Virus record (IMG/VR): IMGVR_UViG_3300037067_013225
Location: 96,001-160,000 of that record
DNA: 64,000 nucleotides
Strand: one strand, 5' to 3'
From: a virus
Lineage: Duplodnaviria > Caudoviricetes
The translations under genes and the position numbers were made by a program. The notes beneath the pieces are model-generated. The model was not told the DNA's origin. It did no database searches and worked only from the letters and a program-made list of their open reading frames with translations. Below, one piece after another: positions 20,663 through 30,038 of the stretch (position 1 is the first letter of the stretch; the number at the start of each line of letters is the position of its first letter).

Positions 20663-22170
20663 TGTCAGATATCGGGACTAGCGTTCATATCAATATTTTT
20701 AGTGATTTGGGGAGCGTTTTCTCTCAAATTGAACTTGCCCACACACCCGACAAACAAGATTTTGAAAACATTTCAGATAAACCCGATATTGCAGAAATAA
20801 ATGCGGTTCCGACGATAGAAAAACCATCTTCTCCGGATAAAGAATTATTTATGCAGTTTTTGAATAATTATCAGCAAAAAGAGTTAACATTCTCCGATAT
20901 ATTACATTCTGGATTATTTCATGGTCCAGAAATCGCACAAATCAATCAAATTCAGCCACAATCATCGCTCTTTGAAACCGCCGCCATATCTTTGCCAGCC
21001 TTAGAATTCCCAATTCTGGATAATATGATTCTAAAATCAATAGAGCCACCCGATATAGAATTGGCTGTGTCGGCATCATCCGAACCAACAGATATAGCTT
21101 ACGATATTCCCAGTCCAAGTCCCAGAACCGATTTTGTTATCCCAGAAATGCAATTCCCCACATATGAATTCCAATTGCCGGAATTGCAAACCAAAGATAT
21201 CCAACTTTCCTTGCCAGATATCCCAGAACATAAAGATATATCATTCGAGGAATTTCATAGTCAGGAATTTTCATCCTTTGAATATGAAATACCGCAATAT
21301 GTTAGCCACGATATCAATTTAGATATCGTTAAATCCGATATCGGACAATCCTCAACTATAGATATTGCCGAGACGATATCTCATCAAACAATGGCGTTTG
21401 AATTGCCGGAAACGGGATTCCGACCATTAGAATGGGAAACATCCGATATAGGCAGGCAATCAGATCGTTTACCATTTGATCTACCGATATATAATGCCGA
21501 AAAACTATCATTTCCAGAAATATCATATCAGACACCCGAACTAGGGATATCTATACAGATTCCAGATATCCAATCGCGCGAATCCCTTGAATTACCGAAG
21601 GAAACTATTTCTAACGCAATACCCGATATATCTATCGGAACGCCCATAGAATATGCAGTGGAAAATTTGCCAAATATATCTGGCAACGAATCGTTAACGT
21701 TTAATTTACCGATAATAGAGCCAAGAACAGTTGTACCAGACCTGAATATTGCAGAACAACAAGCAAAGTTCGAAGCGACAATTCCGGAGACGCGTTCGGA
21801 AACGTATGCTTTTGATTTACCAGAATTCTCACAGCAAGCGGTCATTCCGGAGCTTTTACAGCAACCACCAGCCCAGGCTCTACAAATAGAAACACCAGCG
21901 GAACAAATATATGCCCAATTAGAGTTTGATATTCCTCGTGCAGAGTACCAGAGTAGTGAATTTGAATTACCGTTAGTCAGTTTTGAACCGATCATGTTCA
22001 ATACACGATATAATCCGGAATTTCCGTCTTTTAATCCCGATTTAGAAGTTGATCAAGGTGAGTTTAAACGTCCAGACGTATTCGATAGTGGATTGCATCT
22101 AGATATGCATGCGATATCCTATGATAACAATCCTTCGCTAAATAGTGGCGGATTGCAGGTGTGGTCGTGA
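20662..22170 (+). CDS. Acidic Pro/Glu/Ile-rich repeat protein in the tape-measure gene position
   Basis: Lies after the chaperone and before the hub; recurring hydrophobic-x-[LI]-P-[ED] units. Confidence 0.5.
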   Translation: MSDIGTSVHINIFSDLGSVFSQIELAHTPDKQDFENISDKPDIAEINAVPTIEKPSSPDKELFMQFLNNYQQKELTFSDILHSGLFHGPEIAQINQIQPQSSLFETAAISLPALEFPILDNMILKSIEPPDIELAVSASSEPTDIAYDIPSPSPRTDFVIPEMQFPTYEFQLPELQTKDIQLSLPDIPEHKDISFEEFHSQEFSSFEYEIPQYVSHDINLDIVKSDIGQSSTIDIAETISHQTMAFELPETGFRPLEWETSDIGRQSDRLPFDLPIYNAEKLSFPEISYQTPELGISIQIPDIQSRESLELPKETISNAIPDISIGTPIEYAVENLPNISGNESLTFNLPIIEPRTVVPDLNIAEQQAKFEATIPETRSETYAFDLPEFSQQAVIPELLQQPPAQALQIETPAEQIYAQLEFDIPRAEYQSSEFELPLVSFEPIMFNTRYNPEFPSFNPDLEVDQGEFKRPDVFDSGLHLDMHAISYDNNPSLNSGGLQVWS

Positions 22171-23939
22171 ACAGGGGTAGTTATTTTGTTATTATGGGGG
22201 CTATTATAGTTCCAACAGTTACCAATATCACTGTACTAAAGAATATGATGAACTTTTCGCCACGAAGCATTTTGAGCATTTCTTTGTCGGGCGAAGGTGG
22301 GCAGATGCCCATGGGATCATGCACCATTCACACTCGCACCAATGTGCAGGATTTTTTTAAGATTAATGATGTTTTGATGGTTATTAAGCGTGCTGGTTCT
22401 GCCGCAGAAATAGCGCAAGCCGTTGCAGCGTTATCTTATATGGGTGGTATCCGGTACAATGACTCTACCGCACAAGCCAAATTGCTTGCCATGGTGAGTG
22501 CTGGATATTTACCTGTGTTTATGGGTGCGACAGCAGGTTTTCACTCTGTGTGGGTCTCTAATGCGAACTACACGGGCTATGAGTACATCGTGAGTGCTTA
22601 TGATTTTACCGCCTATCTAAATAACACAGTAATGAACCTAACTATCAATGACGAACCAAAAGTTCGTTATAATGCAAGTATGATTGCGGAAAAATTGCGT
22701 AAATCCAATAGTGCATATATTGGCGAAAAAACAATAAATAATAAACATGTCGAAACATTAGTGGGCAGACAGGCATTTATAAATTCCGGCATAGATCTAT
22801 TTTTAAATCATGAAAAACAATACAAGGGATATAAAAACAATCTCAACCTAACACCACGCGATATTTTGCCGGGAGCGGAAGGAAATCAATTCGATGTGAG
22901 TCGTATGGCTGAAGCTGGGTTGATCAAACAATGTGCTACGTTTAAGGTACCTAGTTCTTTCGAGGCAAAACAGGAAGCCGTACCATATAAACTCCTAGAG
23001 TCTTTATTCCGGGTTGGTATGGTTACGGATAGTAACCGCATCGATAACTTAAATTGGATACATATTTTGGAAAATTTAGCTCCCGCGCCATTTTATGAAT
23101 CATTTGTTAGAGAGGACACGGGAGAATTCGTTTGTCGTCGTGCAGGCTGGATTAATAAGAAAATGGGCGCTGTGAGACAAAAATATCAAAACCCATCTCT
23201 ACCGATATATGCCCCATTAAATAATATGATTGATTATGAGAAATTATCCGGATTAAAGTATGGTTCGACACCTCTTGTTAACACTCCGGGTCAATATCAG
23301 TTCAATCCTAGCAAATTGGGATCTGTTTCTTTCGATTTGGGAGAGCAAAATCAGTTACGTTTTGGGAAAAGCAAAATATCGCAGGATTATTCCTTATTTA
23401 GATCTGTTCACACTATGTTTAGTAAGGGATCACCAAGCTTAGAAAATCGCGACAATGCTTTTGTTTTTAGTGATTTATTCTTTTCAGACAAACATTACAC
23501 TGATGATGTTTATCCGCTAAAAAGCAACTCAAATATATCATATGATGATGATGAATTGCGCACTAGAGCTGAGACAACTGCCGAGAAAATGATGTCTTGG
23601 TTCGCTAAATACTATTATGGGATGAATTATGCGCTTTGGGTCGGATTTAGCACCTATTTTGTAGCTCCATTAGGCGCGCCCATGCAATTAACTGTTCCGG
23701 CTACGCAAGCATCCGTATATGGTACGGCAGTGACAGGATTGGCCGCAATAGAGGTGGCGACAAGGAATAGTGGGATATTTTCTGGTTCTACTGACGCATT
23801 TACCTCATTTGAGGCGTTAAGTTCCTATCCCATACTGGGTAAGACACTATCTGTGGCCGTGAGAGAAGATGGATCATATCAAGAGGAATATCATTTGTTG
23901 TTGGGACATACCGCGCCGGGATTTAGGTTAGATCAATGA
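22161..23939 (+). CDS. Putative baseplate hub protein (gp27/gpD-like)
   Basis: Position before the spike gene; PFYESFVREDTGEFVCRR and YIVSAYDFTAYL resemble hub proteins. Confidence 0.5.
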   Translation: MVVNRGSYFVIMGAIIVPTVTNITVLKNMMNFSPRSILSISLSGEGGQMPMGSCTIHTRTNVQDFFKINDVLMVIKRAGSAAEIAQAVAALSYMGGIRYNDSTAQAKLLAMVSAGYLPVFMGATAGFHSVWVSNANYTGYEYIVSAYDFTAYLNNTVMNLTINDEPKVRYNASMIAEKLRKSNSAYIGEKTINNKHVETLVGRQAFINSGIDLFLNHEKQYKGYKNNLNLTPRDILPGAEGNQFDVSRMAEAGLIKQCATFKVPSSFEAKQEAVPYKLLESLFRVGMVTDSNRIDNLNWIHILENLAPAPFYESFVREDTGEFVCRRAGWINKKMGAVRQKYQNPSLPIYAPLNNMIDYEKLSGLKYGSTPLVNTPGQYQFNPSKLGSVSFDLGEQNQLRFGKSKISQDYSLFRSVHTMFSKGSPSLENRDNAFVFSDLFFSDKHYTDDVYPLKSNSNISYDDDELRTRAETTAEKMMSWFAKYYYGMNYALWVGFSTYFVAPLGAPMQLTVPATQASVYGTAVTGLAAIEVATRNSGIFSGSTDAFTSFEALSSYPILGKTLSVAVREDGSYQEEYHLLLGHTAPGFRLDQ

Positions 23940-26026
23940 GAATTCATCTACAGCGAGTAATTTCTTCGAATCCGGAAAAGCAAACCGTTGATTTGTTCGA
24001 TGAAAAATTTGCCGTATGGAATGCGCAGGAAACGTCAGATAACCCAACGATTATTCCTGACGTTCCGTATTTGTCGCCGTTAATTAACGACTATAACTTG
24101 TCTTATATCTGGGGACATTATGAATATTTAAAATCGCAAGGAAATCTTTTGCCAGGGTTCATAGATCCAGAACCGAATGGTGGGAAATCGCTACTAGATA
24201 TTTATGGTCCATCATTTCTATTTGGTCGTAATTTTAATCCGGCATACTTAAAGGATATCCATGAGAAATATTACAAGGGGAAGGGAACCAATCCGAAAGT
24301 CGTTTCTGGCGGCATGTCTTATCGTCCGCCGGAGGGATCTCTAGCTATATGTGTACATACTGAGTATGAAGGCTCTAATATTATTTTTGTTATAGGGTTT
24401 GTTAGTTTATCCGCCTTTTATGCGCTATATCAAGACATAGATGATTTCGAAGCGCCGAAAACGCAGGGATCTACGTTTAGTCCGGAATATCAAAGCGAAT
24501 TATATAATGAGACCGGAGATAATATTGGAGAAATCATTGGCGTTTCTCATGACAGTTTTGGTCACGGAAACATTCCCTATGATTATGGTGAGGAAGACGA
24601 AAACCCGATAGATCAGTTTAATAAAACGTCCCTAATAGGAAAACATTTTCCCGTTTCTGGTAGTCGTGTGGTGTGGCAAATAACAACACCCGCGCATGTA
24701 GAAAATCTCAATACGGAATTTATCCGTTTTAAGCAGAACGAGATTAAGCGTATAGGAGATATTTTTAACCTTGCGACATCGGGCGACCCCAACAAGGCTC
24801 TATTAAAAACTACAGCCGAGGATTCATCCACTGATACTAAATACAGACTATTTTCTAACTGGAAACAATACAACCCAGACAAAACAACGCTATCTATAAA
24901 TAATATGGCATTAGATGATGTCAATATTTTTGATAATTATGTCAAAGATAGCACAGAAACATCTGGATTTGCAAAGGAATTCGCTTACGAGGAACCCGTT
25001 CATATTGCGCCAGAATCAGGTATCAAGATGTGTCGCGATGGGAAATTGGTTTTTTATGCCGATGTTTATGATTCGTTTGCGGATTTTAATAAACCGACCA
25101 ACTATGATGAATATTTTAAGGAAACTAGCACTTTTTATAAAAAGACTTTTGCAAGCGGAAAGTCTGAATATATCAGTAATCTTGACAGTCAATACGCCAT
25201 ATTGAATGGCGCAAGCGCATCGGAGACATTTAAATACTATTTTAGACAGTATAAGATTGATAACCCACACGAAGAAGATAGTCGTTATATTGATGCGTTT
25301 AATGACCGTGGTGCATATATGGTTATTGATCCATCTTATGTGGAGTTGTCATCCGATTCTAAAAAGGGGGGGTATCTTTTAGAGAAATCATCAAGAAAAT
25401 ATAGTAGAGCCAGGGAGTATGAAAAAAAGGTGGTTTATTCGGAGCAATCCGTTTATCGCAGATTGTTGTTGGATCAAACTGTCACATTCGATCATGATCG
25501 AGCTTATGCGTGGGAACTTTATGGCGATGAGAATATTAGAGAGGGGACATATTCCGTAGACGCTCCTCTAACAATATATAAGAGTTTTAGAGAATATCAC
25601 AATGTATTGGAATCATCCGTTACTGAGGTTAAGGGATTAAAAAACGATATTTATGCTGGATTGTTTATGGGTCGTATGTCGGAGCAGGGTTCTGATACTG
25701 ATGATGGCGGCTGTATTATGCTACGTGCAGGGACAAATACCACGGTGGGTGGTTCTTTGGGCGCAGCCCAAACTAGACCGGAAGAGAATAAGGGTGGCCG
25801 CATTGTTCTGGATGCGCATGAGATTGTGCTTAACGCTAATCGCATTATGTTGGGGCAGATTAGAATAGATCAGCGAGACAAAATGGACGAATTAAATCTT
25901 GGCTCGATTCTCCTAGCTATTGTTCCAGATCCGGCAATAGAAAAAATTGCGCATTTGTTATTTACCAACAATCCCATAAATGTTCGCAAGGCTCTAGCCA
26001 ATTTTTCCAAGAAAGTAAATAAATGA
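23936..26026 (+). CDS. Putative baseplate central spike (gp5/gpV-like N-terminal OB fold)
   Basis: RVISSNPEKQTVDL...IPDVPYLSP...GGMSYRPPEGSLAICV...FVIGFV, with a beta-rich C-terminus. Confidence 0.55.
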   Translation: MRIHLQRVISSNPEKQTVDLFDEKFAVWNAQETSDNPTIIPDVPYLSPLINDYNLSYIWGHYEYLKSQGNLLPGFIDPEPNGGKSLLDIYGPSFLFGRNFNPAYLKDIHEKYYKGKGTNPKVVSGGMSYRPPEGSLAICVHTEYEGSNIIFVIGFVSLSAFYALYQDIDDFEAPKTQGSTFSPEYQSELYNETGDNIGEIIGVSHDSFGHGNIPYDYGEEDENPIDQFNKTSLIGKHFPVSGSRVVWQITTPAHVENLNTEFIRFKQNEIKRIGDIFNLATSGDPNKALLKTTAEDSSTDTKYRLFSNWKQYNPDKTTLSINNMALDDVNIFDNYVKDSTETSGFAKEFAYEEPVHIAPESGIKMCRDGKLVFYADVYDSFADFNKPTNYDEYFKETSTFYKKTFASGKSEYISNLDSQYAILNGASASETFKYYFRQYKIDNPHEEDSRYIDAFNDRGAYMVIDPSYVELSSDSKKGGYLLEKSSRKYSRAREYEKKVVYSEQSVYRRLLLDQTVTFDHDRAYAWELYGDENIREGTYSVDAPLTIYKSFREYHNVLESSVTEVKGLKNDIYAGLFMGRMSEQGSDTDDGGCIMLRAGTNTTVGGSLGAAQTRPEENKGGRIVLDAHEIVLNANRIMLGQIRIDQRDKMDELNLGSILLAIVPDPAIEKIAHLLFTNNPINVRKALANFSKKVNK

Positions 26027-26463
26027 TAATTGTGCAGAAAGTTGATCATAGCGAGGAACTTTATCTGGAATATGCTCAGGTAGCACAATTGGTCGGTAAA
26101 AATAAATATTTGGTTGCGGATGTCTCATCTCTCAAAATGCATCCACAGGGAGCGAAATTAGCCAATCTGGTGGTTGAGGGATACGTTTCTTTAGCGTCAG
26201 ATGGAACTTTTGATGGATTACAGTGGAAAAAGAAGATATATGACTTTTTTTCATCATCTGCAATGCCAATAGATCAGTTTTTAATCTTGTTTTCTCCAGC
26301 CCAAGGCTCTACAAAATTAATTGCAAGATCCGTAATAGACGAAATAACCCTAACCATGGATATTAGTCAACCAACCGTACTTAAATATCAGATCAAATTC
26401 TTAGCTAGTCCTTTTGCGAAAACAGCACAAGGTATAAATGATGCTTATTGGGTGTCGCGATGA
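26023..26463 (+). CDS. Hypothetical baseplate-region protein
   Basis: Coupled ORF; context only. Confidence 0.45.
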   Translation: MIIVQKVDHSEELYLEYAQVAQLVGKNKYLVADVSSLKMHPQGAKLANLVVEGYVSLASDGTFDGLQWKKKIYDFFSSSAMPIDQFLILFSPAQGSTKLIARSVIDEITLTMDISQPTVLKYQIKFLASPFAKTAQGINDAYWVSR

Positions 26464-26972
26464 CAGATTATATTCAGGTAGAGTTATCTTATGGCGGCAA
26501 AACATTTCTCTTTCCATATCCGCAGAAATTGATTGTTGCGCGTAAGTTTTTGTCATTCAGATCTGAAACCATAAGTACGCCAGTTGCCACCGCCTTTAGA
26601 CCATCATTCGATATTATATCTGTGGATTGTTTAGAGCCGTTAGACAATCCGAATCAAGATGTGTTGTGGGATATTTTCGATCAAATCGGTAAAAATTCCA
26701 AAGTGGAACAATATTCTGTTTTGGGTGATATCGCGGCGGGTGGGATACAATCTCAACCGTTCGCAACATTGCGCATCACATATAAGGATCAGGGAATGTT
26801 CTTTTATTATGTTATGCCGGAATCCTACAATATGAGCTATACCACTTCGGTACGAGGTGCGTTAAGCACATTTAATTTTGTTGGTTGTGATACTTTATCT
26901 GCATTAAACACATATACACTTATGGGTTCACGCGAAATGCCACCCATAACAAACGGAAAGTTCAATATCTAG
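26448..26972 (+). CDS. Putative tube-initiator/baseplate protein
   Basis: Beta-rich (FLFPYPQKL...SYNMSY) and in baseplate context. The real start is probably ATG 26460. Confidence 0.4.
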   Translation: MGVAMTDYIQVELSYGGKTFLFPYPQKLIVARKFLSFRSETISTPVATAFRPSFDIISVDCLEPLDNPNQDVLWDIFDQIGKNSKVEQYSVLGDIAAGGIQSQPFATLRITYKDQGMFFYYVMPESYNMSYTTSVRGALSTFNFVGCDTLSALNTYTLMGSREMPPITNGKFNI

Positions 26973-26986
26973 GGGTAAGTTAAAGC

Positions 26987-27391
26987 ATGAACACCCAACT
27001 AGAAAAAATCAAAACCATCTTTGATGAAAGTGTTGCGGCTGGTTCTACTGGTAGTGATGAATATTATACCATGATAGATCAGCAGGCATTTTATAAAGGC
27101 GATGTTGCGTTGTCTGGGGTTGTCATTGATGAGACTAGTCCGGATTATATTGATTATTTGGATTTAGTTGTCAAGTATGGGAAGGTGAAGGCTGCATTTA
27201 TCGATCAGCCTCCTAACAAGATCCCTGTGCGCATGATAGATTTTGCTTACACTAAGAATTCTCTCCAAATAGCTAGAGAGAATTGGGGAAGTGAGAATTT
27301 TATTGGCGAATTATACCAGATTAATGCCGTAAATAGCGATTTTGAAATGTTGAGTCGAGGTTTGATACTCTTAAATAACAATGGCAGTTAA
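26987..27391 (+). CDS. Baseplate protein with a LysM/gpX-like C-terminus
   Basis: SLQIARENWGSENFIGELYQINAV...LSRGLILL matches the tail-X/LysM pattern. Confidence 0.5.
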   Translation: MNTQLEKIKTIFDESVAAGSTGSDEYYTMIDQQAFYKGDVALSGVVIDETSPDYIDYLDLVVKYGKVKAAFIDQPPNKIPVRMIDFAYTKNSLQIARENWGSENFIGELYQINAVNSDFEMLSRGLILLNNNGS

Positions 27392-28040
27392 TTTAGCGGG
27401 AAAATTGGTATCCGATCTAAATATAGGACTCGCTTCCAAAGAATTAACTCAATTAATTTTTACCACGAACGTTTCAGATGCCGATCCAACATTGGGAACA
27501 CTTACGATTTCTATACCTGAAGCACTAAATGTGGTATTTCAGATTGGTAATGAACGTATGTTTGCCAAATATTATAAAAATAAGACGTTTTATAAAATAA
27601 CTCGTGGCTATTTATCCACGCCAATCGAAAAACATCTGTCTGGCGATTTGATTTTCTTAGTAGAACCCATCAATGTGAAAAAATATGATAGTTTTAGCAT
27701 TTATGACGTAGAGTTATCTGATGAGGGATTGGTTTTAGATGGAAACTACAATATTTCATTGATTCGCGGCATAGAGGCCATAACACAAGACGTAAGGTTA
27801 CTTTTTGAATCTGTTGGTAACTATATTCTTAACACTTATTCTCAACTTGAATCATTAGACAGTGAATCTCTAACAATTCAATACAATCAACATCTCTTTT
27901 CAAACAGATTTGTCCAGAATATCGAAATAACCAATATTACACGTATTGATGATCGTGCCACAGTGACCGCCAAGGCGACCATCCAGGGTAAATTGTATGA
28001 AAATATTACGTTTGCACTTCCATATGCTGCGAGACTCTAA
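27381..28040 (+). CDS. Baseplate wedge protein, gp25/gpW-like
   Basis: C-terminal LVLDGNYNISLIRGIEAITQDVRL...RFVQNIEI; immediately upstream of baseplate J. Confidence 0.55.
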   Translation: MAVNLAGKLVSDLNIGLASKELTQLIFTTNVSDADPTLGTLTISIPEALNVVFQIGNERMFAKYYKNKTFYKITRGYLSTPIEKHLSGDLIFLVEPINVKKYDSFSIYDVELSDEGLVLDGNYNISLIRGIEAITQDVRLLFESVGNYILNTYSQLESLDSESLTIQYNQHLFSNRFVQNIEITNITRIDDRATVTAKATIQGKLYENITFALPYAARL

Positions 28041-29374
28041 TGTTAACATTTTCTGAGCTTTTAAACTATTTCCGAGATGCATTGAGGGCCTTTTCTCGTT
28101 ATCCGCTCAATTATTCTGAAAACTCGTTATTTTATAGTTTGGGGCAATCTGTTGCATCACTAGCCGCCAAAAACGAAGCAGCTATCGAAAATATGATCAC
28201 TAGATTATCTCTCACTAGTGCTGTGGGGACCGATTTAGACAACTTAATGGGGAATTTTCAGATTTATCGCAAACCAGAGTCTCAATCCATTGGTTATGTG
28301 AATATTTATGCCACTACACTTCCCACCACGAATATTTTTCTGTCGGCGGGTACGGCATTTGTTGATGAAAATGGACAAAGCTTCGTTTTGACTCAAACTG
28401 CTATTATTCCCAGCAGCACATCATATTATCCTCTAGATATCGTTGGATATATGAATCCCAACTACTACGCTTTACCTTTGGCGAGTAATTTATCAGCTTT
28501 TACAATAGCTGGTCTTTCTGTCGAGGAAATTCGGCAACAATTACTCAGTACCACTAAAATTTCATCCAGATGTGATGTAGCTGGTTTGAGTGGGAATATC
28601 GGTGCAAGGCAGATTAATGCGACGAGAGCCGGAAATATCAAGATTACAAATCCAGAACAATTTAGTGGCGGGGCGAATGCGGAAAACGATGAATCTTTCA
28701 GATCCCGTGGTTTATCCATTATACGGGGTTCGCAGAGTAAATTTACCAGCGAAGCACTCAGGGGATATTTATTGACACAACAGGGGGTCATGGATGCAAA
28801 AATTATTGAAGATACTGGTTGTATTACTATAGCGCCACCACCGTCAGGTCATATATATGCGATAATAAATACCAAACTTATGCCGGAATACCAAACGTCA
28901 TATGCGTCATACCCAGCCTTGGCTCTAAACTCCGATCTATATCAATTAATACGCAATTCAATAGAGATTGACGGTTATAGACCTTGTGGTATCGGTATTA
29001 CTGTTAGAGAGGCAGATATTATTAATGCGGGATTTACAAGCGATGCTGGTGATTATTTGACAATTTATGTGGATAGTTCTATCGTACCGTCCATTGCAAA
29101 AGTAGAGTTGCAAAATATGATATTCGATTATTTTGTTAGTACCAAGATCGGTCAAAGCATATATCCTATAGATATTTATAATTTGATTAAAAGTTATTCG
29201 GGTGTTGTGACTATGGATAACTTTACATTTCTACAAACAACTGGTTTTGATTCTGTTGGTGCGGATATTACATCCGAGGTGAGCTTTCTGAATGCGGCTT
29301 GTAATCAGGTATTTAGGATCAGAGGCCCAGAATATGTCAATTTAGAGGTTGAATATGTCAGTACGACTAGCTAG
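28040..29374 (+). CDS. Baseplate J-like (gp47/gp6) wedge protein
   Basis: TSAVGTDLDNL...RKPESQSIGYV...AGT...GLSGNIGA...FSGGANAENDESFRSR...GVMDA. Confidence 0.85.
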   Translation: MLTFSELLNYFRDALRAFSRYPLNYSENSLFYSLGQSVASLAAKNEAAIENMITRLSLTSAVGTDLDNLMGNFQIYRKPESQSIGYVNIYATTLPTTNIFLSAGTAFVDENGQSFVLTQTAIIPSSTSYYPLDIVGYMNPNYYALPLASNLSAFTIAGLSVEEIRQQLLSTTKISSRCDVAGLSGNIGARQINATRAGNIKITNPEQFSGGANAENDESFRSRGLSIIRGSQSKFTSEALRGYLLTQQGVMDAKIIEDTGCITIAPPPSGHIYAIINTKLMPEYQTSYASYPALALNSDLYQLIRNSIEIDGYRPCGIGITVREADIINAGFTSDAGDYLTIYVDSSIVPSIAKVELQNMIFDYFVSTKIGQSIYPIDIYNLIKSYSGVVTMDNFTFLQTTGFDSVGADITSEVSFLNAACNQVFRIRGPEYVNLEVEYVSTTS

Positions 29375-30038
29375 AAATTTTGACACCATTACATACGAAC
29401 CGCTTGGTGAAGCGGCCATATATAGCCCTGATGCGAACAACAGTATTAGAAGTTTTGGTTTTATGGCAGAAGGCGGTACAATACGGCAGAGCTATTTCAT
29501 CAATTCTATTTCTGCCGCACCGTTTAATATCGAGCATATCCATTTATATCAGCCCGACATTAACTATTATTCAACAAATGTGCAGGTTTTTGGATCATTC
29601 AAACTTCCATTTGTAACACCTTTGGGTACGCCCAGAATGCGATTTTATTTGTGTTCGCCAAGTACATCCAGTAGGGTTGCCACGATTGAACAAGATGAAA
29701 ATGGCGACGATATTCTAGTGCAGCATCTAACTTTGGACGAATATATCAACGATACCTATAACGCTATAGATACGCTTCATGCTGACGGACCGGGCGTTAA
29801 TTATGGGACTCATAAATTGGATAATTTTTTGCAATCTTTTGATGTTATTTGTAATATCGGTACATATACTTTGGCCGGTAATCTAACATATTACAATCTT
29901 TATTATAACGATCCAAATAATGTTGCGCAAAGACATAAATATGATTTGCTAGCTTATGTTGAGCTGCCATATAACAATATTAACACCTCTACGTCCGATT
30001 ATACTATCGATGTAAGCGAGACGACTCTGCCACTGTAA
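29349..30038 (+). CDS. Hypothetical baseplate-region protein
   Basis: Coupled ORF; context only. Confidence 0.45.
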   Translation: MNMSVRLARNFDTITYEPLGEAAIYSPDANNSIRSFGFMAEGGTIRQSYFINSISAAPFNIEHIHLYQPDINYYSTNVQVFGSFKLPFVTPLGTPRMRFYLCSPSTSSRVATIEQDENGDDILVQHLTLDEYINDTYNAIDTLHADGPGVNYGTHKLDNFLQSFDVICNIGTYTLAGNLTYYNLYYNDPNNVAQRHKYDLLAYVELPYNNINTSTSDYTIDVSETTLPL

